Below are positions 24,731 to 36,785 of a stretch of 64,000 nt of DNA, one piece after another. A program made the translations under genes and the position numbers. Position 1 is the stretch's first letter; each line of letters begins with the position of its first letter. The notes below the pieces were generated by a model, which did not search any database, was not told the origin of the DNA, and saw only the letters and a program-made list of their open reading frames with translations. The stretch is taken from NCBI GenBank assembly GCA_051294905.1, contig CM119373.1:808001-872000 (forward strand), given 5' to 3'. This DNA comes from Botryllus schlosseri. Lineage: Eukaryota.

Positions 24731-25870
24731 TTGAATTCGGCTCGTGAAAAACTCGACACTATACTAAATTATAAATATAAGAACCCAAAATTGTCCAGCA
24801 CATCAACTAAATTATTTACCCTCTACTACCAAGACATACATGACCTCCTCACTACCACACACCATAATCTAATTAATAAAAGTACCACGGAAGAATTCGA
24901 CAAACCTCGCACTGCTTTCCACAATTTCACAACATACACTCCGGACTCCGCTCTGTCTGATATCTTAGGTGTAGGCCCCTTCTTTATACCCACCCAACAA
25001 TTTCGATCCCACAATAAATTCAAAAATGAAGTCACCCGTGCAGTACTTAACTTACTTTTAAAAACCAACCCCCACATAGAGATTAGAGACCCCATTAGAA
25101 AACCCAAACCTTTCCTGAAACCCATTTCGCTCCCAATCTCCAAAATATTCAATTCGACCATATCCAAAGCTCATTCGCAATATACCCCAAGTCATGTTAG
25201 GGATGTCATATACTTTGGATAACTTAAATACCAATCATATAAAGCCAACATTTTCTAAAATCAGGAAGAACAAATTGAACGAATCGCAAGTAGAAGAGAC
25301 TTAGTTATTAATATTTCGGATAAAAATTTCGGTTTCTGCATCAATTCGACCAACTGGTACATTAATGAATCCGTTAGACAATTAGAACAGAACATTTACA
25401 CCCCTATTCAATTTTGCTTAGAAACAATGTTAGATAAGGCCCTCAGTGATAGGAAAACTATTACTGAGAAACGTGCAGAAACCTAAGGATCATTGAACGT
25501 TGCATTTTTAGAACTAAGGACCACATCCCTCTTTTCAACCTTTTACCCAAACCCCATAAATTGGGACTAGGACCATTCAATCATAAAGACGAACCAAAAC
25601 TTGAAGGCAGACCCATCATTTCGGTTCACTCTTGGATAACTGTAGAACCCGGCATAATAACCCACACCTACACCGGCATAATAACCACTGAACTCACCCG
25701 CTATCATCGAACATATTCGAAACCCCACTACCTCCAAAACACCATCCATCGATTTCGAAGACGACAAAAACATATTCGGCGCATTACCCAATAGAAAGAA
25801 ATTGAAACAATATTCAACAACCAATGAGGAACAAGAAAGTCAAGAAGAAATTTATCACTCCGTGGAAATA
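24731..25870 (+). pseudogene. Penelope-like reverse transcriptase remnant with the central core deleted
   Basis: HNFT...LSDILGVGPFFIPT; DLVINISDKNFG...WYINESVRQL; THK...GRPIISVHSWIT; then directly the thumb-like HNNP/HTYTGIITTELTRYHRTYS. No YxDD and no GIY-YIG seen. Confidence 0.75.
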
Positions 25871-26245
25871 AAATTGAACTATATATACCATATTGAACAT
25901 TTTTTTCAAATAAGTTTCACATCATATACGATTTAACCACTAGTGCAACATACCGTATTACTTGATATTTCTAGATACCGTATCCATTTCATAATGCTTT
26001 TTTCAAATATATAATATTATTTTCTGTATACCATGCCTAGAATAATAACCAACTTTGTATAGCAGGGAATTTAGAACCTCAGGCTATATAGACGTTACTT
26101 ATAGACGTTACTATTACCATACATCTGTTTTTCTTCACATTTAGACATTAGTTATTGCTATTTACGTTTTTATTGTTACTCTTTCTTGTTAATATATGTT
26201 CCTATACACAGAGTCGACTCTTTCTTGTGAATATACACCGTTTCC

Positions 26246-26370
26246 GTTTACCTAGGCTCCTCGCCACCTCATCCGCGTCAGCGGTGTCTTACAAAAGCCT
26301 AGAGATGGGCCGTGCTAAAAGTCGGCAGTTACGGAAAATAAGAAGAGTAATTGGCCTGGTGTAAATGACC
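26246..26370. repeat. ~125-bp dispersed repeat; inverted second copy at 35440-35566
   Basis: GTTTACCTAGGCTCC...GCCTGGTGTAAATGACC aligns end to end with the reverse complement of 35440-35566. Confidence 0.9.
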
Positions 26371-26656
26371 ATACTCAGGTAGCACGCCTACTTGGGTACC
26401 ACAAGGTATCAAGATGACATGAATTGTGATAACCAGGTGGGGAAACCAATCGGTACCCGTACCTTTTTTGGCCCCATATTACAGAGGTATTTTATGGGGA
26501 ACCATGTGGGTAACCCACTAAGCTGGTAGCGAAGACAATATTACGACCCTGGTCCTTGTAGCAGTGCCAGTAGCAGTGACAGTGTAAGTGGGCCGAGAAT
26601 TCGACGTAGACGATTATCGATAAACCCTACACGTTAGCTAACTTTAACATTGTATA

Positions 26657-28015
26657 CAGGGTTGCCATACCGTCCTTATTTCTAAGATTTGTCCTTATTT
26701 TGGAGGGCCACGTCTTAGAAAACTCGACTGTCCTTATTTCTAAGAAATGTCCTTATTTTCGACTTGCGTCCTTATTTTGTCTTATTTTAAACCTCTACAG
26801 AACTTCGATAGTTTTCCTCTGGTATCTGTGTTGCATAATATTCTCAAATTAAGCTTTTGCGTCGAGATTTTATGACATCATAAATGAAAGGAACTCTCCT
26901 GACGTTCACACCACAAGATTTGTTTTCTAAGTGGTGAGATGGGTAGGGCATGCAGTTAGTGATAGCAGTTTTGTCTGTACCAAACTACCGCAGCGGACGT
27001 CAATTTAGCAGTAAACAGCAGTACCAGGTTCCTGCTGCTTGGTCTACAGCAGAATAAGCTCAAGCTGTGGGGAAGGCAGCATTTATTGCGTAGTGAAAAA
27101 TGCGCAGTGCTGTCGACACATTGTTTAAAAAGTAGTAAAGCTATAATTCATTGATAAATTTATCTAAATTCTATTGCACCTGCGCATATATTTTTAGCTA
27201 CTAATAAAGCTAAATCTGATGAGTTAAAATGAGCAGGCGAACATTTTTCGTGACGATTATTAGAGAGAATTCAAAGGCATATAACTAACCTTGAAGGGCG
27301 AGTGTTTCGCACATTGCAATATCTGCAAAGCTGCAATTGTGACATTAACGTGGAGGCCATATGAAAGGCCGCTATTCCAACTCACATTGATACCCCAAAA
27401 CATAAAAAGTATGTCATAATGATTATTTTAAGCCAGTCGGTGAATAATTACTACAAGGCAGCTGCTGCTGAGAGTACCATGGGCATTCCATACTGTCAAA
27501 CACCAGCAATCATTCCTCGCCAACGATTGCACATCGCAATTGTTCAAAGCAATATTCCCCGATCCCAATACCGCAAATAAGTTTTCATCGGCCAGGACCA
27601 CGACTACCAGCATTGTTACGGGAGTTCTCGCTCCATATGCTCAAGAAATGATTTTGTCTCAACTTGGTGTACGGCCTTTTCCCATCTTGGTTGACGCCTC
27701 TAATCACAACGAGTCGAAGAAGTTTGGTTATCACCCTATGGGGAGGCCCAAAAACCAGCGTTTTTTTGGGGTGGGGGGCTGACGAAGTGCTGTTACGGCC
27801 CTTAGTAAAGGTAAACTTAGACCTGGGCTGTTGCGAGATCCATGAAGCACTTTCTAATAACAAGGAGTTGCTGGAGCAGATTGTTTCTGGCGAAAAGTAT
27901 GGAATATAATATGCCACGGCTCGTATAAATACAAAGTATGTACAAAAACGCTCTTTCATGCTAATCAAATTTCTCGACTGTCCTTACTTTTGGGTCCTTG
28001 TCGATGGCAACCCTG
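26657..28015 (+). mobile_element. Internally deleted hAT (hAT5-like) element
   Basis: TIR CAGGGTTGCCAT/ATGGCAACCCTG; GTCCTTATTT subterminal repeats; transposase pieces WAFHTVKHQQSF...NDC...LFKAIFPD...ILVDASNH and a C-terminal piece. No clear TSD. Confidence 0.8.
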
Positions 28016-28117
28016 ACTATACAGTACATACCTGCTACCACAACTCACTCAAACCAATATATACGGCAATCTGAGTACATATTAACCTTTACGGTGGGTG
28101 AGTGAGGCCGTCATCAC

Positions 28118-29251
28118 CAGTGGTGCCACTCCTAGTGTTTTAACACTAGATCTAGTGTTTTTTCGGTCGTCCTAGTGTTCTAGTGTTTTTTTTCGCACAA
28201 TTTTGCTAATCTAGTGTTTTTCTGCAATTGTGCGAACAATGAATATTCTAACGTTAGACTACTAAATTATACGCTAAATTTATCGCTAATAACGCGATTT
28301 GGTCTCTCTGGCTGTGTTTGTTTTCAACAATTCTGTCTGTGGTGCAGTAACAAGCAATTATTATATAGCAGGGTGCGCTGTAAATCCGTACTTGTGAGCG
28401 AAAGTCTCTGAAAAAATGAAGAGCGATTTCGCTCTGATGCTCTGTCGTTTCTTGGTGAACTGATTCTGGGATTCGGGCAAGATTTTCCTTTGCCGAGGAC
28501 AGCATAATTGAGTGTATTGAATCCATTAACAGCCATATCAACACAAAGAATAGTAAAATCAATCATTCCTCTAGCTGTGCAATTTCCTCTGTGATATTAT
28601 TTGATGAACTTGATGATTTGTCGGAAGAATGGGCTGCTTTGGCAAGGTCGCAAAATGAGCTGCAGGTTATCAGTCAATGCCCTCCAACAGAATTTTTGCA
28701 AAAATTGAAATCTGTACAATCGATTCGGTGAATCAAAATTCCCTTTAATGGGGAAGCTCATGAAGAATCTCTTGGCATTGCCACATTCCACTGCATTCGT
28801 GGAAATGAAGTATGCTGCACATGATATCTCCCCATCGTTTGGTTGAAGATGTACGGTAGTGATCAAGATGCCACACAAAAGATACTTATGTTTGATGGAT
28901 GGTGTACAATCGAAAGATAATTTTTATGATGCCGTACAATTCGAAAGCGACAATATTTGATTTTTCTTTGCGCTATTGAATTCGTTTCAATAATTTTCGT
29001 TGACCAATCATGTAGCCTATATCAATTCGTATCATTAATTTTCGTTGAATAATCAAGCAGTATATCATGCATATGTATCGAATTCATGTGTGGAACACTT
29101 CTCATCTATGGATTTGTACCTTGGTCATCATGATTACTTGGCAACGGCAAATTTTTCCTGCAATTTACTAATCTAGTGTTTTTTTCGCCAATCTAGTGTT
29201 TTTTCACGACATAATCTTGTGTTTTTCCGCGAACCTAGAGTGGCAACACTG
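28118..29251 (+). mobile_element. Non-autonomous hAT deletion derivative
   Basis: TIR CAGTG(G/T)TGCCACTC; perfect 8-bp TSD GTCATCAC; CTAGTGTT subterminal repeats; dimerisation-domain remnant KFPLMGKLMKNLLALPHSTAFVE. Confidence 0.88.
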
Positions 29252-29707
29252 GTCATCACTGTTTAAGTGTAATTGTTGAGTTATATTTTCAACTGAACAA
29301 GACACACACAATGTACAATGCGATAAGACACAAAGCGATGTAATGAACAGATAGTAGGATGCCGACCGACGCGCAGTTGCCGTCTTTTAGACTGACATCT
29401 ACCTCGGCTTAGAGTGCCAGCCGTCACAGTTACTTTCGATGTTGATCATTTTCGAGGCCACGGCCCTTGCTAGCGATTTCCATAACTTGCGAGTGCATTC
29501 TTTCGTCGAGTCATTCTCGGGTCTCATGTCGGAAGAAGAGGAGCCCGGACAAACCTCCGACGGGAGTGGAACCGAGGCCGCCCGATTCTCACCAGTACTC
29601 GAATTCAATTCATATGGAGATGGAATTCAATTTGGAAATGTCCCAGCGACCATCATCGCAAATGAATAAATGGGAAACCGATTATAATATGACTTTACTA
29701 TATAGAT

Positions 29708-32304
29708 CAGTGGTTCCCAACCTTTTATTTCCCGTGGCCCCCTTGCACAGGCTTCTACCGCTGGTGGCTCCCTGCTTACCACGAAAAAAGATTTGTTTGA
29801 ACGTGCTTGCGTTTATTATTTTAATGCCATCTTTGATGGTGTTCAAAAGCAAACAAAACAAAACGAAATAAGTCAACGAAAGTTAATTGACCATCAATGC
29901 GAGATTTGCTTTTGGGATCGTCTGACGAGGGTCTTTATATTTGGCTCAGTCTTTGACACAGCAAGACGAATGTCACTGCCAACATCGAGACGGTTTCTAG
30001 ATTTTGTTTTGATGGTAGCCAGATCAGAAAACCCAGATTCACAAAGATAGGTTGTGGCAAATTGAACGAGCAGTACAGAAGCTTTCTTGCTGAGTAGCGG
30101 ATATGAATCGAAAAGAGACATCTAGAAACTGGCAAAATCTTCTTTGTTTTCAAAAACCAATTTTAGCGCATTTGAAACCTGTAGTTCTGCCAGTTCCTCT
30201 GCCTCTTCTTCAATAGGGTCAATTTCGGTGTTGAACGGGTCTTTGTACCACGGAATATGCACACGTATTTTGGGAAAATAATATTCATACTCAGCAGAGA
30301 CGATTCTCAGGTGCTCAGAGATGCAAGTTTGGATGTCCACGGGTGACTCAACATTTTAATTTCCAGGTATTGGCTTAACAGAGGGAACGAGGAAGTTAAG
30401 CGTACCTTGATTCGTGCTCCCCAAACTCCAATTCGAGCGCATATTCCAGCTAGTTTATCTTGAACGTCACCGACTGTTACATCACGGCCTTGTAGGGAAA
30501 GGCTCATTTCATTTAAGCACCCAAATGCATCTGCCAAATACGCCAGTATCATGACAAACTCTTCATTTTGAAAGTGGGCGTGGAGATTGTTTTTGTTTTC
30601 TTGCAGAAAGATTTCCACCTCAACACGGAGTTCATATAGCCGTGAGAGACATTTCCCTCTGGATAGCCATCGAACATTTGTATAAAATAGGAGCCGAACA
30701 TGTTCAGCTCCCATTTCTTTGGTAAGAATTTGAAAGAGTCTGTGGTTTTTGGCCCTCGCACGTATGAAGTTAATCACTTTTACCGCGTCGTCCATAACTT
30801 TCATCAAACTGGGAGGTAGAGTTTTTGATGCAAGAGCGTACCGACGTAATGAGCAGTGCGAGGACGTCACGTGGGGCCATTCTTTCTTCACAAGCGTGAC
30901 GAACCCCCCTTTGACACCAACCATCGCTGGAGCACCATCCGTAGATATATGTTTGAAATTTTGCCAGCCGAGTCCATTCGCTTCGAAAAACGAGTTCACT
31001 ATAGTCTTCACATCTACTGCGGTGGTGGTGCCTGGCATGGCCATTGCAAAACAAGAATTCTTCTTTTATCTTTCCCTCTTTTTATAGCGAGCAAAGGCAA
31101 TCAAGTGATTTTCCAGAGCGCAATTAGTAGATTCGTCCAGCTGAAGGCTAGCCTGAATCTTGCTTTGTTTGATTTCAGAGCAAACTTGCTGACATACATT
31201 AACAGCCATATCATCAATGCGTCGGCGAATCGTATTATTTGAAAGAGAAATCTGCTGAATCTTTTTCTTTTCTGCAGGTCCTATCAGTAGTTCTACCATT
31301 TTCTCCGCACATGGCTTGATAAGGTCCTCGGCTATAGTGTGCGGCTTCTTGCACCTTGCAATCCGATATGCCACTTCATAGCTACATTGAAGAGCTGGCT
31401 TTTCCTCCGGCAGGAATCCGAAATGGTTTAGTGTTGCTTCACGGTCGAATCGTACTCGCTTAGCAGCCAAAGCATCGTTGCCAATGTCATTTCTCCGCGG
31501 ATGATTCTTGTCGTGGTGGTTTCTGAGTTTGGATGGACGTAATAACGCATTGGACATAACATACGAGCAATGCATACATTGCGCGCATTCTAGGCGATCT
31601 CGGAGAACTTTTGTAAAGCCGAAAGTAACATAACTTTCTTTCCATTTTCGAACTTGAGGCATTTTGAATTTAAAATTTACGGTAATATCTATTTGAGTCT
31701 AAAATAGGCTAGGTTTGACCGTTGGCTCTCTATACTTGATATGAAAAGATTCAATTCCGTTATTTTGAGCTCCTGAGAACGAGACTAGTAGCTGCATTTT
31801 CTTGACGTAGCCTAATACAACTATACCGGGATACCGGCATTACTGATTTATCACGTACGGCATACCACATGATTTTCATACCGGCATACCGCCCACCCCA
31901 CACATGCAGAACAACACACAGGTATCGTACCAACCCCTTACTCCCGACAGAGAGTGATAGAGAAACTACAACTAGCTAGCCTGCTGGGGAGGTACAACCG
32001 TCTCTCCCGACCTCGTCTTCGTTATCTGCATGCCAGATTCAGCCATCTCTGATCCTCGACTGTACCACAATTGTGATGTCATATTTGAAACTTCACGCGT
32101 TAGCGTAACAGCGGCGTACGAAGCACCCACTGTGATGCAGTGGTTCCGATCATACGCAGCAGACTGCACGACACCGAAGAAATAGCACGAATTCAAAACC
32201 GTCAAACGGAAAAGTTGGTGAAAAATCTTTCCTTATCGTGGCCCCCCCTGCAACTGTCTCGTGGCTCCCCAAGGGGGCCACCGGCCCCCGGTTGGGAACC
32301 ACTG
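29708..32304 (-). mobile_element. Near-complete Buster/Charlie-type hAT transposon
   Basis: 15-bp TIR CAGTGGTTCCCAACC; perfect TSD ATATAGAT with central TA (29700-29707, 32305-32312). Confidence 0.97.
29894..31662 (-). pseudogene. Buster-type transposase (ZBED5/SCAND3-like), frameshifted
   Basis: BED finger CMHC...LRNHHDKNH; KPHTIAEDLI; SLQLDEST; STDGAPAMVG; VRWLSRG; FATTYLCESGFS, across ORFs 31066..31662, 30307..31044, 30122..30340 and 29894..30121. Confidence 0.95.
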
Positions 32305-34983
32305 ATATAGATGAACAAACCTTGCTGTAGGAAAATATAAAACAAGCATCTATTTCGGAAAACTACTCGGTCACATGTGGGAGCCGTATGAAAAATCGAC
32401 CCGTCTTTATTGACGAACATAACAAGTTCCAATTATTTTACGAGTAAAATTAATCCCGAGTTAAAAATAGTAGATACAGATAAGGGATAAAGGTAATGGG
32501 ATCTACGCAAGAAAAAATAACGCACGCTGTGAGGAATTGAGTAGGTTACTCTAGCATCGGAACTTTAAGTTCACTTCAGTATGACAAACGGTCAATTTTA
32601 AATAGTTCAAATAACATTGACGAAGTAAAGCATAGTAGGGGTTTTAATGTTCGATGTTCGAGCAACCAACAGGGATCGCATAATAGCTAGAAAACTTTAC
32701 TACATACGGAATCACCTTTATTATTCGATGAAATAAACCAAATAACATTGATGGAAAATAAGGTTGGTTCCTGTGTGGGTGATATATGGGAAATCTGAGC
32801 TCCTCTATAAGTGGATTTCTCATGTTTCAAGATGACTTGATAACAAAAACCAGGGATATATAGAACTCCGGGATGGCTGACTGCGTCAATTGCGTCATCG
32901 CGGTATTACCTAAGTAGGTCCAGATTCGCGCATTCGGTTTTGATGCACGTTCTGGTCAGCCGCTTCATCTGTGTGTAATTTTAAGTCTTTGAGAGCGGTA
33001 GAGGCATATAATATCCATCTTTATGTTCTTTTATAAAGCTAGAGGTTAACCAGGTTATGAGATGTTCAGGTAGTGTGAAACTTTGCGGTATTGGCCCAAT
33101 CATTTCAGCAGCAATTTACCGGTATACCAATACCGGTACGGTCATTTGCTCGCCTACGGAATATCTCTGCTTCTGTAGTATCTTATGTTTAGCTGCGTTG
33201 ATAATCGTGAGAAGATAACAGAATGTAGAAAAATTCCCAACGTTAACATTGATATCAGCTGTAGGATTTTGATTACCGGTACGCCTTGCGGTATGTTTTT
33301 ATGGGATATAATGTATGTCACCATCCAAGGCTGTACGTACAAGTACAAGTGCACATTTACACTGTGCCGTGTCGACTATGAAGGCGACCGTTAGGAGGGA
33401 CTTCGTCTGTTAAGATCTTGTACTATAGATTAATATGTGAATATGCAGGTTGTGCTGGGATTGCAGCCTTATCCGAGATCATTGCTGGATTATTCCTAGT
33501 AAGAATTGGAGCCACCGAGTAGACTACCGGTATGCAAGATTCAAGAGGCATTTCAATTAAGAATAACCAAACATTTGAATCTAATACAAACACAGCACGT
33601 CAAGGTCGTTGCAGTTGTAAGTGTCCATAACAACTGTTATAACAACTTTCGAATCCAATCTCTTGTTACAGATGCTTTTCATCAGTTACATGTCTGATAA
33701 AACAAGGCATCATATGTTTGTTAATGAACGGCACCTTAATGCTACAATACTGGAATTATACTTCAACAGAAGTCCACTGTTGTGAACTGCCAATGGCTGA
33801 CTCCCAGAATAAGGCCACAACATTTGTTGACCATTTGCTCAACTTACTGAAGCCTTGAAGATGCCCACTCCCTTGAATGAATAAACCAACACAATCGTCA
33901 GGACAGGACACGACCCTGAGATATGGCCTGTCTTTACCATATAAACACTTATAGCCTATATAGGCTATAGGCCTATACGATGAAGGAAGAGAAAACTCTG
34001 AAGATTGCTTTCAATTTGCAAGGTTTCGTCAAATCGTCGCAATAAAGCATGGACCTCTCCTCAGTCGGCCTAAGGTAAGTTTGGCTGATTCTTGTGATAC
34101 AGTATTAAATGAGGGATTTACATTAATCCTGATGTGGTTAAAGTATTCAGCATTGCTACTCAAGTAACAGTTGTATGCCCAGGGCGTACTGATATTTAAA
34201 CTTCCTCAAGTAGCAGTAGAAAGTGATATGTCTGCAAGGTCCTTAAGTTTGGAGATGGCTACTTCAAAATTACAAGATGTATCTTCGAAAATAGGCAACA
34301 CCTACTTGAGTACTGCAATGAAGTAGAAGTTCTTCACTACTGACCAACTCTGCATACATCTATATATATTCTTAAGGTTAATTTGTTTCTCTAAATACAT
34401 CATTTGTTCATTTTTGTTGCAGATTCCAGAAAAACAAACGCGATGTTCCAGCATTTGCATCACGTCCACAGTGGATAGGCCTACCTGATATATCGTACTG
34501 GGCACATCCCATTGAAATCTTGGCAAAGATGGCCACAATGTGAATATTTGGATCTCGTGCCTCCTCACCGAGATGGTTTTTTTTAACATAGAATCATCTA
34601 TCGCTCTATCGGAAAATCCGCAAGACAATGAAACTGAATATTTCATAACTGATGAATGGCATGAAATGCTTCAGAAACCCCATTCGTGATGTACCGTTAA
34701 GCCAATGGTGGTAATTCTTCACTATGGTCGTGAAACTATTTCTAATTGAACAAAATATCAGCTGAATTCAGCAACTGGGTCTACCGAATACTTCTCAAAT
34801 TGATAATAATATGTACCAAACTTCTACCTCCGAGGCTACATTTGAACCTGAAGAGAAGTATCAATGGTGTGTTGATTTCTTGATCAACTTTCATTGAGTG
34901 ACGTAGAAGATGACAATGCTGCTATCACAATTTCGAGTCCTGACAGGCCGTGCTATCTTTTCGTTATTGGAAATGCTCCATGG

Positions 34984-36785
34984 TAGGGTTGCATTTAAAA
35001 CAAACGGTGTTTTAAAACACTTTGTTCAAAACATGCTTTAAACCAGAGGTCTCAAACACGCGGGCCGCATGCGGCCCGCCAGAGCATTCTGTGCGGCCCG
35101 CCACCACATTTTCGATTTTTATTAATTTGACAAGATATAAGTGTCACACATATATTTTCAGGTTATAAAGTGAAAATTCCCTTTAAAATTGCTCCGAAAG
35201 CCTTAAACTATTCATCAAACTTCACTATCACATCAATTGCAAATGCTACCATGCAGTGGAACATTCACTATTTCGTCCGGACCCTTGAACGATTCTAGAC
35301 TGAAATTTGTGAGTTGGACTTGGACGCGACCTTTCTTAGAATTACTCAGACTCGGGCTAACTCGATGGCAAAATGAAAATGACTTGAGTGGACTTTGTTT
35401 GTTTGTTTTTGGGTATTGATGGTGTTTGTCGACTGCTAAGGTCATTTACACCAGGCCGATATTCTTCTTATTTTCCGTAACTGCCGACTTATAGCACGGT
35501 CCGCCTCTAGGCTTTTGTAAGACACCGCTGACGCGGATGAGGTGGCGAGAAGGAGCCTAGGTAAACCTCCAACACTTAGGTATCGGAGTGGACTGGTAAA
35601 CCTCCAACACTTAGGTATCGGAGTGGACTTGAAGTGACTCGGAATGCCGTACATTTGTTAGAACCATGGACGCAACAAAGTAATCGCGTATCAGGGGAAT
35701 AGTAATAGATCAGAAGGTCGCAGCTTGGTATTTCGCTATAAGCAAGTATAGTTATGGCAACCATTGGCAATTTTTGGTCGCTAAATCATGTTATTAAGGC
35801 CGCTTAGAAGTACCGAGTACCGTAGTGGTACGCTCCAACGATGTAACAGCAATGGGCCGATCGGCGTTCCGACATTTCAATCACTAGGACACATTCATTA
35901 ATATATTTATATCATATTTATATTTTTTTCTGCTCCTATATTTGAAGATATTTGTCCATGAGATTAATAGCCTACTTATCAGAAGTATACACGAATCCTG
36001 GATTGGAATTATAATGCTCAACTTAAAAATGTTTTGATATATGATCAGTCTCTATTATCAGTCTGTTGGATTCAAAATATTTATAGTAGCTGAAAATTAT
36101 AACCTGATAGCTTTTATGATGGCATCATACATTTGTCCGCCCATATGTGTCTATATCTTATAGTTAATATGTATCAAGTACAACAACAATTCTATTCAAA
36201 TAGTTATAAATGTGATGATTCTTTTCATGCCAGGCCTAAATTGATACAAACGTAAATCACATTTTGCCGATGTGTGTTTACTGTCAGTCTGCTGGATCGG
36301 CTCACTTTCAATAGGAAAATTCATTCCCGCCAAATAAGGCCTACTTGGAAAGACATAGAATACCCATATAAATGCTGCGGCCCGCGGCGTCGTCAAAACT
36401 GGAAAAATGGCCCGCGAGCACATTTGAGTTTGAGACCTCTGCTTTAAACAGTGTTTTAAACAAAGGCCTTTTGAAAAAAAAATTTCAAGTTGTAAAATTA
36501 TGCCATAATTGTGTAAATACTTTCCAAAAACATGTTGTATGAGCCTACGGACGATCACCACCCTATATAGCCGACTAATATCGATATGGGATGGCTGGAA
36601 CCCTCAAAATAGTCGGTTTAACAGCAACAGTACAGATATTTCGACAAAGGAGCTATATTTACACTATATTTTCAACTGTCAATGTCAATCCAATATGACG
36701 TCACAATTGAATATTCTTGACGTCATGGCTTGAATAAAACATTAAGGGCCTTGTTTTAAACATGTTTGTTTTAAATGCAACCCTA
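34984..36785. mobile_element. hAT MITE (outer element of a nest)
   Basis: TIR TAGGGTTGCATTTAAAACAAAC; perfect 8-bp TSD CTCCATGG (34976-34983, 36786-36793). Confidence 0.92.
35044..36441. mobile_element. Buster-type MITE nested in 34984-36785
   Basis: TIR CAGAGGTCTCAAAC; perfect TSD CTTTAAAC; GCGGCCCG subterminal motifs. Confidence 0.92.

Noticed and set aside
26246..26370. HDV-like or hammerhead ribozyme
   Set aside because: GGC-TCCTC-GCC and GCTAA are suggestive, but P1, P1.1 and P2 pairings could not be built and there is no CUGANGA/GAAA pair.
29894..31662. Domesticated host gene such as ZBED5 or SCAND3
   Set aside because: TIRs and TSD are intact and the ORF is frameshifted, so it is a transposon copy.
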